Notes under the pieces: model-generated
Told to the model about the DNA's origin: nothing
The model's database searches: none
Seen by the model: only the letters and a program-made list of their open reading frames with translations
Program-made: the position numbers and the translations under genes
Assembly: GCF_001194135.2 (NCBI RefSeq)
Contig: NC_068999.1
Coordinates: 9,704,237 to 9,756,103, forward strand
Origin: Octopus bimaculoides
Lineage: Eukaryota
Direction of reading: 5' to 3'
DNA length: 51,867 nt
Shown: piece after piece, positions 37,181 to 49,441 of the stretch
How positions within the stretch are numbered: the first letter of the stretch is position 1
How the letters are laid out: each line of letters begins with the position of its first letter

Positions 37181-38976
37181 CCGGTGACAAGAGGTTCAAG
37201 AGAAAAGAAGCAATATAAAAGGCACGGATAGAAGCAATTTGGTGAGCGGTTCCGCATACAAATACGGAAAGAGAGAATGGAATAAACAGAACAGGAGGAG
37301 AAACATCAAATGGAAGAGACGCTGAAGAAGTCGCAGGTGTGTGACGAAAACCTTCCAGGCAAAGGACATGAGATAAAATAAGAACAATAAAAGAACCAAA
37401 ATAAATGAATAAAGAACGTGTATATAGTGCGTGAACTTATTTGGAAAAAATACAACGCATCCTAGAAATATAACGACATATGTATGTGTGTGCGTGTGTG
37501 CGTGTGCGTCTGTGTGTGTATGTGTGTGTATATATTGGCGTTTTTTTTTCCAACTTGTTAGACTTATCTGTTTTTCTTCATGCTCGAAACGTGAAACTAC
37601 AACTCTGAGCGTCTGGTTAATAAATTGCTTTTGCTACATCCTCACATTTTATTTATTCTTATTTTTCTCTGTGTATTTTTGAATTGACTATATATATATA
37701 TATATATCTGTGTGCGTGTGTGTGTATGCATAGACGTTTGGAATTAGTGATAGCTTTTTCTGGTCTTTGTTGGCACTGCAGAAAAAGGGTGTTCTATGTG
37801 CTTTGACCATGGCTAGTATAAGTGCCCGTGGGCACAAATATACGACGGATTCTGACAGACTAAAATAAATATACGAGGAGATACTACGCAGTGCTAAAAG
37901 GAAGACATACAACTCTGATGGAGTTCGATATATTAAGAAAAATAAGAAAAAAAATGCTCACATTGAAAAAACAACAAAATATCAGAATGACAAAATCAAA
38001 ATGAAGGCCACAAAAACAAATATGAATCACTCTTTCTACCTCAAACTCTGCTTGTATATATATATATATATATATATNNNNNNNNNNNNNNNNNNNNNNN
38101 NNNNNNNNNNNNNNNNNNNNNNNNNNNNNNNNNNNNNNNNNNNNNNNNNNNNNNNNNNNNNNNNNNNNNNNNNNNNNNNNNNNNNNNNNNNNNNNNNNNN
38201 NNNNNNNNNNNNNNNNNNNNNNNNNNNNNNNNNNNNNNNNNNNNNNNNNNNNNNNNNNNNNNNNNNNNNNNNNNNNNNNNNNNNNNNNNNNNNNNNNNNN
38301 NNNNNNNNNNNNNNNNNNNNNNNNNNNNNNNNNNNNNNNNNNNNNNNNNNNNNNNNNNNNNNNNNNNNNNNNNNNNNNNNNNNNNNNNNNNNNNNNNNNN
38401 NNNNNNNNNNNNNNNNNNNNNNNNNNNNNNNNNNNNNNNNNNNNNNNNNNNNNNNNNNNNNNNNNNNNNNNNNNNNNNNNNNNNNNNNNNNNNNNNNNNN
38501 NNNNNNNNNNNNNNNNNNNNNNNNNNNNNNNNNNNNNNNNNNNNNNNNNNNNNNNNNNNNNNNNNNNNNNNNNNNNNNNNNNNNNNNNNNNNNNNNNNNN
38601 NNNNNNNNNNNNNNNNNNNNNNNNNNNNNNNNNNNNNNNNNNNNNNNNNNNNNNNNNNNNNNNNNNNNNNNNNNNNNNNNNNNNNNNNNNNNNNNNNNNN
38701 NNNNNNNNNNNNNNNNNNNNNNNNNNNNNNNNNNNNNNNNNNNNNNNNNNNNNNNNNNNNNNNNNNNNNNNNNNNNNNNNNNNNNNNNNNNNNNNNNNNN
38801 NNNNNNNNNNNNNNNNNNNNNNNNNNNNNNNNNNNNNNNNNNNNNNNNNNNNNNNNNNNNNNNNNNNNNNNNNNNNNNNNNNNNNNNNNNNNNNNNNNNN
38901 NNNNNNNNNNNNNNNNNNNNNNNNNNNNNNNNNNNNNNNNNNNNNNNNNNNNNNNNNNNNNNNNNNNNNNNNNNNN

Positions 38977-39079
<103 letters not shown>

Positions 39080-40362
39080 TGTATATATGTGTAAATAGAT
39101 AGTTATACATATATAAATATACCTATATATTTATGTGTGTGTATGTATGTAGGTGTGTATATATGCGAGGAGAAGAGGTCGTTTTTTTTTTCAATTATGT
39201 TTTCGCTTATTTCTGAATTCCGTGCTATTTACTCATTTTTCTTCGATGTAAACTTTACTGGCATAACTATAACAAAATCCACACCACTACCATATCTAGC
39301 AGAACCAACAGGACTCTCAAAAATACTACTAATAATAACAGAACCACCCCCACCACCACCAAACACAAACACCACCCAAAACTTCTACAACAACAAGCAC
39401 ATTATTACATTCCGCCCATCATACACTGCCTACAATAGGATGCAAACATTTCTCTTCTGTTCTGTGAGTTGTTTATATAGGTGTATATATATCTACATAG
39501 GTGTATAAAAATATATATCAGCATACACACATATGTTTCTACGCGTATGTTTCTTTAGTTGTTTTTATAGATGTATACAAATATATACATATATCTATTT
39601 TTTCTCTCTAACATTCTCTCTATACAAACACACACTGGTATATATATATNNNNNNNNNNNNNNNNNNNNNNNNNNNNNNNNNNNNNNNNNNNNNNNNNNN
39701 NNNNNNNNNNNNNNNNNNNNNNNNNNNNNNNNNNNNNNNNNNNNNNNNNNNNNNNNNNNNNNNNNNNNNNNNNNNNNNNNNNNNNNNNNNNNNNNNNNNN
39801 NNNNNNNNNNNNNNNNNNNNNNNNNNNNNNNNNNNNNNNNNNNNNNNNNNNNNNNNNNNNNNNNNNNNNNNNNNNNNNNNNNNNNNNNNNNNNNNNNNNN
39901 NNNNNNNNNNNNNNNNNNNNNNNNNNNNNNNNNNNNNNNNNNNNNNNNNNNNNNNNNNNNNNNNNNNNNNNNNNNNNNNNNNNNNNNNNNNNNNNNNNNN
40001 NNNNNNNNNNNNNNNNNNNNNNNNNNNNNNNNNNNNNNNNNNNNNNNNNNNNNNNNNNNNNNNNNNNNNNNNNNNNNNNNNNNNNNNNNNNNNNNNNNNN
40101 NNNNNNNNNNNNNNNNNNNNNNNNNNNNNNNNNNNNNNNNNNNNNNNNNNNNNNNNNNNNNNNNNNNNNNNNNNNNNNNNNNNNNNNNNNNNNNNNNNNN
40201 NNNNNNNNNNNNNNNNNNNNNNNNNNNNNNNNNNNNNNNNNNNNNNNNNNNNNNNNNNNNNNNNNNNNNNNNNNNNNNNNNNNNNNNNNNNNNNNNNNNN
40301 NNNNNNNNNNNNNNNNNNNNNNNNNNNNNNNTATCAAAATACACATATATGCTTTCTTTACA

Positions 40363-40409
<47 letters not shown>

Positions 40410-40540
40410 ATATACATATATAGATATCTATATATTTATACAGACACACACACACAGATATATATATATAGACGAATGCACTCGTGCACACACACACGCG
40501 CGCACACACACACACGCACACACAGAGACACCCCCCCACG

Positions 40541-40571
<31 letters not shown>

Positions 40572-41141
40572 GTACACATATAATGATGCAGCCTTATTTT
40601 CCTCATCCGTTCTCCTCTAATTTCCACCACCATAACACACATCTTATTAATTTTGAATTGCATTCATACCCCGCGTTATTTATTTTAATGTTATTAGTAT
40701 TATTGTTTTTGTTTTTGTCTCGGTCGTTTTTATGTATTACCATTATATTCTTCTGTGTTATATATCTCATCTTCTCGTTATTGTTGTTGCTGTTATTGAA
40801 ATCTTTGAGTTATTTTTGGAATTGGTTCAGTAGTGAAATTTTGTTAATTATATTCATTTCATTTTAAACAAAAAATTTTCAAGGAAAAAATATAATGAAT
40901 GAATTCTACGAATGGCATACACTCTCACAAAAGCCCCATGTATACGTGTGTGTCCGTCTATGTACATGTATGTATGCCCCTACAGACTCACAGAAACAGA
41001 CACACAGAGACACAAAGAAGTACTTACAGACACACAAACATACACACACATACATATATATATATTCATATAGATTTAATTGTAACTGCACACAAACATA
41101 TGTGTAAATATAGAAATCAATACTCATAAATATTTATTTAC

Positions 41142-41214
41142 TTATACATAGATAACTACACATACACAAATACACACATAGACACATATATGTATATATA
41201 TACTTATATTTATA

Positions 41215-41248
<34 letters not shown>

Positions 41249-41257
41249 CATATATAT

Positions 41258-41290
<33 letters not shown>

Positions 41291-41405
41291 TGTATATATA
41301 CATATATATATACTTATATGTGTATATGTATACACATATACGCAAATATATACACACATATATATGTATACATACATATGTAAATACATGCGCACACACA
41401 CACAC
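41142..41405. repeat. (TA)n/(CA)n mosaic
   Basis: Direct reading. Confidence 0.95.
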
Positions 41406-41706
41406 NNNNNNNNNNNNNNNNNNNNNNNNNNNNNNNNNNNNNNNNNNNNNNNNNNNNNNNNNNNNNNNNNNNNNNNNNNNNNNNNNNNNNNNNNNNNNNN
41501 NNNNNNNNNNNNNNNNNNNNNNNNNNNNNNNNNNNNNNNNNNNNNNNNNNNNNNNNNNNNNNNNNNNNNNNNNNNNNNNNNNNNNNNNNNNNNNNNNNNN
41601 NNNNNNNNNNNNNNNNNNNNNNNNNNNNNNNNNNNNNNNNNNNNNNNNNNNNNNNNNNNNNNNNNNNNNNNNNNNNNNNNNNNNNNNNNNNNNNNNNNNN
41701 NNNNNN

Positions 41707-41808
<102 letters not shown>

Positions 41809-42009
41809 TGGTAGCAACAATATCATCAACAACAACAATTATACTAATGTTATAAGCAACGATAATAGTAACAATAATAATTATAATTTTGGTAATGTTA
41901 ATAATAATTACCTGTTTTGGAATAAATACCAATAAAGTATGTTTTATGAAAAACATCGCGTTCACAAAAAAATTAATAATAATAAGTCTGCTCTGAGATA
42001 AGCAGAAGA

Positions 42010-42445
42010 CTTCAAAAGAATTGTAAAAACATTGGAATATTAAGTAAATATGAAGGCCTTGAAGTAGAGGTCTGAAAATGTGGCCTCAAAGACGAATAAG
42101 GGTATCTGTTATCATCAGATATTAGTTGACCACAAGAGAAGTCTCCCTTAAACAATAAATTCCTTAAGATACTGCCCAAATCTTAAGAAAAATAGTATCA
42201 AGCTTAAAATATCTGATTCCTATTAAATTCCTTCAAAACTGAAATATGAATTTCATGGTTTTCAAGTTATCAGATTCTGGTCTCCTTCCAGTACAATATA
42301 TTCATGTTGTTATAGGTACACTGGAAATAATCAAGAAACATACCGACAAATTTTTTGACAAGATTCTTGAGAAATTCATAATCAATGAAACTCAAAATAA
42401 TGTGTGGGCATTAACAGCCACTATTCTACGTCAGTTTCGCTCCAT
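42010..42445 (+). mobile_element. Degenerate R4/Dong-type RLE C-terminus (possibly two partial copies)
   Basis: LSKYEGLEVEV*K/MW and HVVIGTLEIIKKHTDKFFDKI..INETQNNV..TATILRQF resemble the R4-clade terminus (KLSKYKDLEIE..MW / PVVIGALG.I.K...ELQK.ALLGTA.ILR). Confidence 0.6.
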
Positions 42446-42537
42446 CCAATATATATATGCCTTAAGTTTCTGGTTGAAACCCGGTTAGTAATTAAATTAA
42501 ATGCAATTCAATTGGAAAATAATAATGATAATAATAA

Positions 42538-43066
42538 ATGCCCTGATGCAGTACCAAGCAGTGGTTCTTGTGGCTTCTGATCTTAACTGATTGGAAGTGT
42601 TATCATGTACATTGTTTTGTCTTCGTATAAAAGATGGGCTACAGCAAATATTCTGCTTAATACCACAGATTTGCTTGTCAGTTGTTTGACCTTAACCAGT
42701 TCAGCATGTCCCTTAGTGGCTGACGATATGTGCATCTCTGATCATGAGCAGAAGTAGTGGGGTGCATCATAGCCATGTGTTGAGAGGAATTTTTTGGGGT
42801 TCGGATAATTCACCGTTGGAAATCTGGGTGTTCCGTTCCACATCCTTAAAGAACCCTTATTCAGGGACCTTTAAATCGGAATGGGCTACTCGACCTGAAG
42901 AAAATTCTAACTGTGCACCACCTACAAGGTCATGCGCTGTTTGTCTAGATATGAGGTCACCATGTCACGCGCATATGGTTGTGATAGATATGCCTGGTGT
43001 ACCCTTATCCGACGGGTAGTCATGGTGGATATACTGGGATTCGTATATGTGTACCCCAGTATGGCA
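42538..43066 (-). mobile_element. About 530-bp interspersed repeat embedded in an (AAT)n array; class uncertain
   Basis: GC-richer block with sharp edges and (AAT)n on both sides; ends in (TTA)n on the minus strand. Recalled as a common octopus repeat, not verified. Confidence 0.45.
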
Positions 43067-43082
43067 TGCATTGCTATCTCAT

Positions 43083-43129
43083 TAATGATAATAATAATAT
43101 TAATACTAATGATAATGATAATAATAATG

Positions 43130-43199
<70 letters not shown>

Positions 43200-43228
43200 C
43201 AACAACAACAACAATAATAATAATAATA
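43083..43228. repeat. (AAT)n/(AAC)n array
   Basis: Direct reading. Confidence 0.97.
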
Positions 43229-45712
43229 AGTCAGTACTTGCGCAGAAAAAAAGAAGAGTATCATGTAAAAGAAGAAATGTTGGGATCAAAAGATCTGACT
43301 GAGCAATAGTGAATGAGTTTTGCGAAGATATTTGGTATAACAATTACGGCAGATTGCTACTGTCTTTGAATGAGGACAGTGATAAATAGAATAGAGAAAA
43401 TGGTGGAAATTGGAGACCTAACTCCATTGAAATTTGACTATGAAACAACTGCATTTTGTGGATTTAAAAAAAATATATTTATGTATTCTGAGGAATAACA
43501 TATACGTATATTTTTTTATGTTTAAAATCAACAAAATACATATAATTGGATGTGAAAGCGCGCTAGGTAAAAGTGAAAAGAATGAAAAGTAAAATTTAAT
43601 TTAAAAAATAAAGAAATAAGAAAATAAAAGTAAAAAAATATGGTGTTTCATGGAATAAAATATTTGCAAAACTGACGATATAATTAACGGACTTGTATTG
43701 AGTTTGAAAATGTGGATGAGGTAGGGCTGTATATGAAATACTATTTCTTACAAATAGTTTTTCATTTTGTTTCGGTTTGGATTTTGGTCAATAAATAAGA
43801 AGAGAAACTGAAGTTTTGAGGAATGAGGTGTGAATATAAAGGAAGTTAACGTTTGTTTGTGGGAGTGAGTGTGTGTATGTGTTTGAAAAAGCGAGAGAAT
43901 GGGGGGAGAGAGAGACCGATTGTGTGCGTGAGAGAGAATGTGTTTCTGAGAGTGTGAGAGAGAAGGAGAGTGAGAGAGGTGAGGGGAGAGGAAAGTTTAT
44001 GTATGTTCTTGTGTGAGTGTAGATGTAAGTTTGTAGTGAAAGTAGTAACTTTTCCAGACATAGGGAGAGAAAACATCAGAGAATGAAAGAACTGCTAGCC
44101 AAAGAAATATTTTTTATATCTTTACATCAGAATTGCGAAAAGTGAGAGAAAAATAAACAGCTGGAGGAAAGAGAGTGAGAAAAAGAAAAAGAGATATCGA
44201 AAATAAAAATGGGCGTGGTGACAGAAAAACCGCCGAGTATTGAGTATACAAACGCCATAAGTTTGTAGGATGTTGTGTCGTCTCAAGTAAATCAACCTCA
44301 CCACATAGTTGGTGTTTCTTTTGTCACGTTCCAATCGCATTTACAAAAATGAACGATAGAACTTTGTGCCATAATCTGTCTCGTATTTGAAACTAACGAC
44401 TTCAAATTATCTACTCTGTGATACAAATTCTCAATTGTCCACCTAACTGTAAATATATTATAATTGTTGTTTAATCCCAAATCTACCCTGACTGAGTAGA
44501 TATACATTCAAAGGGATTCCAACGATGACAAGCCTGTCATGTAGCCATTGCCCAGGAAATCCAACGGTGCTTCTCATTTAAGAAGGTAACGTAAGATTTA
44601 ATATAAATTTGAAGGAGATTTAGTAGTTAGAGCTGGAGCGATTATCTCAGATGTAAATAGGTACCAGACTATGCGTCTAAGTATTATAAATATTATCGAT
44701 TTAAGAAGCGATTCCTTGTGTTGTTGGGACGACTGCCTAAGAAAAATAAAACTTATATGTGACAATGATCTCTTTGCGGTGAAAATTCGTTTCACTTCGG
44801 CTGACGCAAGAAAATCTAGAAATGAGCACCGGTTTAAAATGGGCATTGATGTTCAAAACAAGATTAATTTTCAAGAGAAAATTTCTCACATTCTTAGTGA
44901 TTCTCTTAGGAAAAATGAGTGAGTAAAATAATGTTATTAAATGTTTAGTTGTTATNNNNNNNNNNNNNNNNNNNNNNNNNNNNNNNNNNNNNNNNNNNNN
45001 NNNNNNNNNNNNNNNNNNNNNNNNNNNNNNNNNNNNNNNNNNNNNNNNNNNNNNNNNNNNNNNNNNNNNNNNNNNNNNNNNNNNNNNNNNNNNNNNNNNN
45101 NNNNNNNNNNNNNNNNNNNNNNNNNNNNNNNNNNNNNNNNNNNNNNNNNNNNNNNNNNNNNNNNNNNNNNNNNNNNNNNNNNNNNNNNNNNNNNNNNNNN
45201 NNNNNNNNNNNNNNNNNNNNNNNNNNNNNNNNNNNNNNNNNNNNNNNNNNNNNNNNNNNNNNNNNNNNNNNNNNNNNNNNNNNNNNNNNNNNNNNNNNNN
45301 NNNNNNNNNNNNNNNNNNNNNNNNNNNNNNNNNNNNNNNNNNNNNNNNNNNNNNNNNNNNNNNNNNNNNNNNNNNNNNNNNNNNNNNNNNNNNNNNNNNN
45401 NNNNNNNNNNNNNNNNNNNNNNNNNNNNNNNNNNNNNNNNNNNNNNNNNNNNNNNNNNNNNNNNNNNNNNNNNNNNNNNNNNNNNNNNNNNNNNNNNNNN
45501 NNNNNNNNNNNNNNNNNNNNNNNNNNNNNNNNNNNNNNNNNNNNNNNNNNNNNNNNNNNNNNNNNNNNNNNNNNNNNNNNNNNNNNNNNNNNNNNNNNNN
45601 NNNNNNNNNNNNNNNNNNNNNNNNNNNNNNNNNNNNNNNNNNNNNNNNNNNNNNNNNNNNNNNNNNNNNNNNNNNNNNNNNNNNNNNNNNNNNNNNNNNN
45701 NNNNNNNNNNNN

Positions 45713-45815
45713 CTTCCAGGCTTACAAAGTCCTGGGTTCAGTTTGTTCGACTAAAGGCGGTGCTCCAGCACGGCAGCAGCCAAAATGACTGAAACAAGTA
45801 AAAGAATAAAAGAAT
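45713..45815 (+). mobile_element. SINE family A, 3' end
   Basis: CGACTAAAGGCGGTGCTCCAGCA...AAATGACTGAAACAAGTAAAAGAATAAAAGAA. Confidence 0.88.
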
Positions 45816-46089
45816 AATAGAATATACGTTAGATAACTATTATGTATGAATTATTTGAAGACGACAGTTTGAAATTGAAGAAGATTTCAGCTTCCCGTTC
45901 AAGGAGATCAAGAACTCATCCACTGGCAACAGATTCTATGTAGAGAGACTTAGGGATAACAAGATATAATCTCTCCACCATTCAGCTTCATATTCTCTCC
46001 CTTCACTACACGGTCAAGTGTGTATTCATAGCAAATACTTTATTTGTCACTGACTTTCATAAATCTGTGTTCATTTTAATATCCCATAG

Positions 46090-46125
46090 GTGACGCCTGA
46101 CGCTCTGAATATATTACCAAATAAG
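46090..46125 (+). other. Candidate exon (36 nt, symmetric phase 0)
   Basis: TTTTAATATCCCATAG acceptor and AAG|GTAAAC donor; the only open frame is VTPDALNILPNK. Confidence 0.2.
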
Positions 46126-47371
46126 GTAAACAGCAGTTAGGTGATGAATTCTCGAGTAATAGGGTAGGGATTTTAGGATGTTTAATTTGATAGTTAGGGC
46201 CTATTTGTTCATAAAAGAACTCTGACTCAGTCGTCTTTTTAATGTTTTGTCAGCCATCAACATTTACTGAAGGTTGCTGTTTTATTCGACAAAGGCGATG
46301 TCTCGTCTTTTGCAAAGGAGAACGAGTCCCTTGTCATGACGCATCATAAGCGCGCGCACATACACACACTCACCACATAGACTCACACACACACACCAGA
46401 TAAACTCACTCATACACATACACACACAGCAGATGAACTTACACAAACATACATAGAAACACAAGAACACACAACCATATATATGCATATACATACATAC
46501 ATACACACACATATATATATANNNNNNNNNNNNNNNNNNNNNNNNNNNNNNNNTACACACACGCACACAGAGATATCAACTAAGTGTATATGAAAAAAAA
46601 TATTTACATACGCACACGCACAATCATATATATGCGCGTATGTACGCATATACGGATGTGTTTGTCTGAATATATAGATATGGACACATACATATAAATA
46701 TATGCATGTACATATATGTGCACACATACGTAAGCAGATAGATAAATGCATCTCAGCGACTGTGTACATGATTACATTATATATACTCACATAAGTAAAA
46801 GCCTAGTGATTTATTCACATGCTTGTATTCTACTATTTAATTTTTGATTTTGTTTTTCTTTTTCACTTCTTAATGGTCAGAGGTTAGGGTGGCAAAGAAA
46901 CAGATATCTATGAATGAATTTAAAGAAAGAGATCCTTAACAAAGACAAAACACATAATTACAACATGAAATCTTTTGAAAATAATTGAATGAATGGGAAC
47001 ACAAATTGTTGAATAGACATAAAAGCATAATTTATGAATTGAAGTTAGGATTATAGCGAGAAGAAATGTTTCTTTAATAAAACTAGATGAAATATCTTAG
47101 TCAGACAATTATAATTATAATTGCTGTGACGGAACAAATGTAAAGAAAATTTCTACACGAAACACTGATCTTGTTTGGATAAGATTCAGTCTTAATTGTT
47201 TTATATATTTAATTCATTAGATGAACTATTAAAAGAGAGAGAAAAAATAACAAAAAAAAAAAGAGAACCAACAAAACTCATGTTTATATATGTTTGTAAA
47301 TACGTATAGTTATCAATACGTATACTTATCAATGTAGGTGTTATTTATCGATATATGTATGTAACTAACTA

Positions 47372-47642
47372 ACTGACACTACGTCGGTTACAACAACGAA
47401 AGTTCCAGTTGATTCGATCAATGGAAATTAACGCGCAAGTAGCTGAGCACTCCACAAACACGTGGGCCCATAACCTAGTTCTCGATGATTTTCAGCATGA
47501 CCCAGAATGTGACAAACCTAGCTGGTTAACGTAAAGCGACATAAAATAAAGTGACTTGCTCAAGGACGCAACGTGCCGCCAGCAATTAAACACACGGCGT
47601 TAAAATTGTGAGCCGAATGCCGCAGACATTAAGCCGTATGCA
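47372..47642 (-). mobile_element. SINE with family C (CORE-like) centre and tail T
   Basis: Reverse complement CGTTGCGTCCTTGAGCAAGTCACTTTATTT matches 1940-1975; TGTGGAGTGCTCAGC matches 13878-13892. Confidence 0.75.
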
Positions 47643-47667
47643 AGTATTTATATATTTTTATTATATT

Positions 47668-47994
47668 ATTATTAATTTTTATGCGCCCTTTTTAAAGGCT
47701 AGCCAGGCTCATGGGCCCGGTTTCCCAGTTTGTATGGCGTATGTGTCCCCCCACCCAGCTGGACGGCACGCCAGTCCTTCGCAGCGTTACTAAAAAAAAA
47801 AGCAGAAAGAAAGAGTGAGAGAAAGGTGGGGCGAAAGAGTACAACAGGAGTCGCCAGCACCCCACTGCTGGAGCCTCGTAGAGCTTTAGATGTTTTCGCT
47901 CAATAAACATACACAACACTCGGTCTGGGAATCGAAACCGCGATCCTCCGACCGCGAATCCGCTCCACTAACCATTGGGCCATTGCGCATCCAC
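47668..47994 (-). mobile_element. SINE family D with a different tail (U)
   Basis: Reverse complement TGGCCCAATGGTTAG...GGTTTCGATTCCCAGACCG...ACGAGGCTCC matches 13599-13790; the 3' part is unrelated to tail T and ends in an AAT tail. Confidence 0.85.
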
Positions 47995-48041
47995 ATCTAT
48001 ATATATCTACTCATGTATATCTCATACATATATATATATAT

Positions 48042-48098
<57 letters not shown>

Positions 48099-48224
48099 GT
48101 GATTCGCACGCACACACCAAATTCGACATGACAATATAAAGCATGGGATGACTTAATGTGAATCGTTTTGCAGAAGGCATTAAGGACGGCCTCTTCGGCA
48201 TCATCGAAGTCAGTAATGGCACAA

Positions 48225-48856
48225 AGCTAGTAATTTTAAGGGAAGGGACCACTCGTGTACACAGATTCCAGTACTCAACTTGCACCTATCCAACAGACCC
48301 TTAACAGATGAAAGGCAAAATTGACCACGGCGGAATTTGACCTCAGAACGTAAAGACGAAAAATATGCTATTAAGCAATTTGTCAGGAGTGGCAAAAATT
48401 CGTTTCTACTCTTGGTACAAGGCCCGAAATGTTTTGGGAGGGGGCCAGTCAATTAGATCGATATCAGTACGCAACTAGTACTGAATCTATCGACCTCGAA
48501 AAGATGAAAGGCAAAGTCGACCTCGGTGGAATTTGAACTCAGGACGTAAAGACAGACGAAATACCGCTAAGCATTTCACCCGGCGTACTAACGTTTGTTA
48601 TTTCTGTATTGCCCACAAGGGGCTAAACATAGAGGGGACAAACAAGGATAGACAAAGGGATTAAGTCGATTACATCGACCCCAGTGCGTAACTGGTACTT
48701 AACTTATCAACCCCGAAAGGATGAAAGGCAAACTCGACCTCGATGGAATTTGAACTCAGAGCGTAACGGCAGACGAAATACCGCTAAGCATTTCGCTAAC
48801 CTTTATGCCAGCTCGCCACCTTGGAGTGGCAAAAACTCTGCCAGCTCACTGTCTTA
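48225..48856 (-). mobile_element. Nested cluster of three SINE family B copies
   Basis: Three copies of GATGAAAGGCAAA..GACC.CG..GGAATTTGA.CTCAG; 13-bp direct repeat at 48386-48398 and 48823-48835. Confidence 0.9.
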
Positions 48857-48934
48857 ATATCAACAACGATAATCGTCTCTATTTAATCACAAGGACTGTT
48901 AATCCGCGATGATGAGATTTACGTCAATTCATGT

Positions 48935-49070
48935 CTCTTATTTTATTTTGTCATTCTAGGAAGGATGGAAAAGCAAAGGTGACTTCAGTGGTACCTGAAC
49001 TTAGAGTGTGAACGAGCCAGAAGCAATGCCGTTAATGATTCTGTCAGACGGCTAACGACTCCGCCAGTTT
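48935..49070 (-). mobile_element. Degenerate SINE family B
   Basis: GGATGGAAAAGCAAAGGTGACTTCAGTGGTACCTGAACTTAGAG...CTAACGACTCCGCCAG. Confidence 0.6.
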
Positions 49071-49320
49071 ATTAATATCGTCAGCAATATTAATCGATAT
49101 TGCTATTTAGTTTACTCACTTCCTGAAATGAATATCGATGGGATGATAAGAACTGAGATGATTTATACAGCGAATTACCAAATTTAGATAGCAGCGAAGC
49201 AACACAGTTACTCTTCTCAATCGTTCACACCGAATTCCACGCCCTTCGTTCGATTAGTAGTAAAGGCCAATTTGATACTTTCATACACGTTTATGCATGG
49301 CGTATTTAAACGTATGTTGG

Positions 49321-49353
<33 letters not shown>

Positions 49354-49396
49354 GCATATATCTGTACGTGGGTGTATATATACACACATATATATA

Positions 49397-49441
<45 letters not shown>

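Noticed and set aside
37322-37349. CTGAAGA-A-GTCGC(loop)GTGAC-GAAA hammerhead-like core
   Set aside because: The core and stem II fit, but I found no stem III or NUH cleavage site in either topology; probably chance.
43716-43737. TGAGGTAG let-7-like seed (also near 6871 and 51113)
   Set aside because: Only the seed matches; there is no full mature sequence and no evident precursor hairpin.
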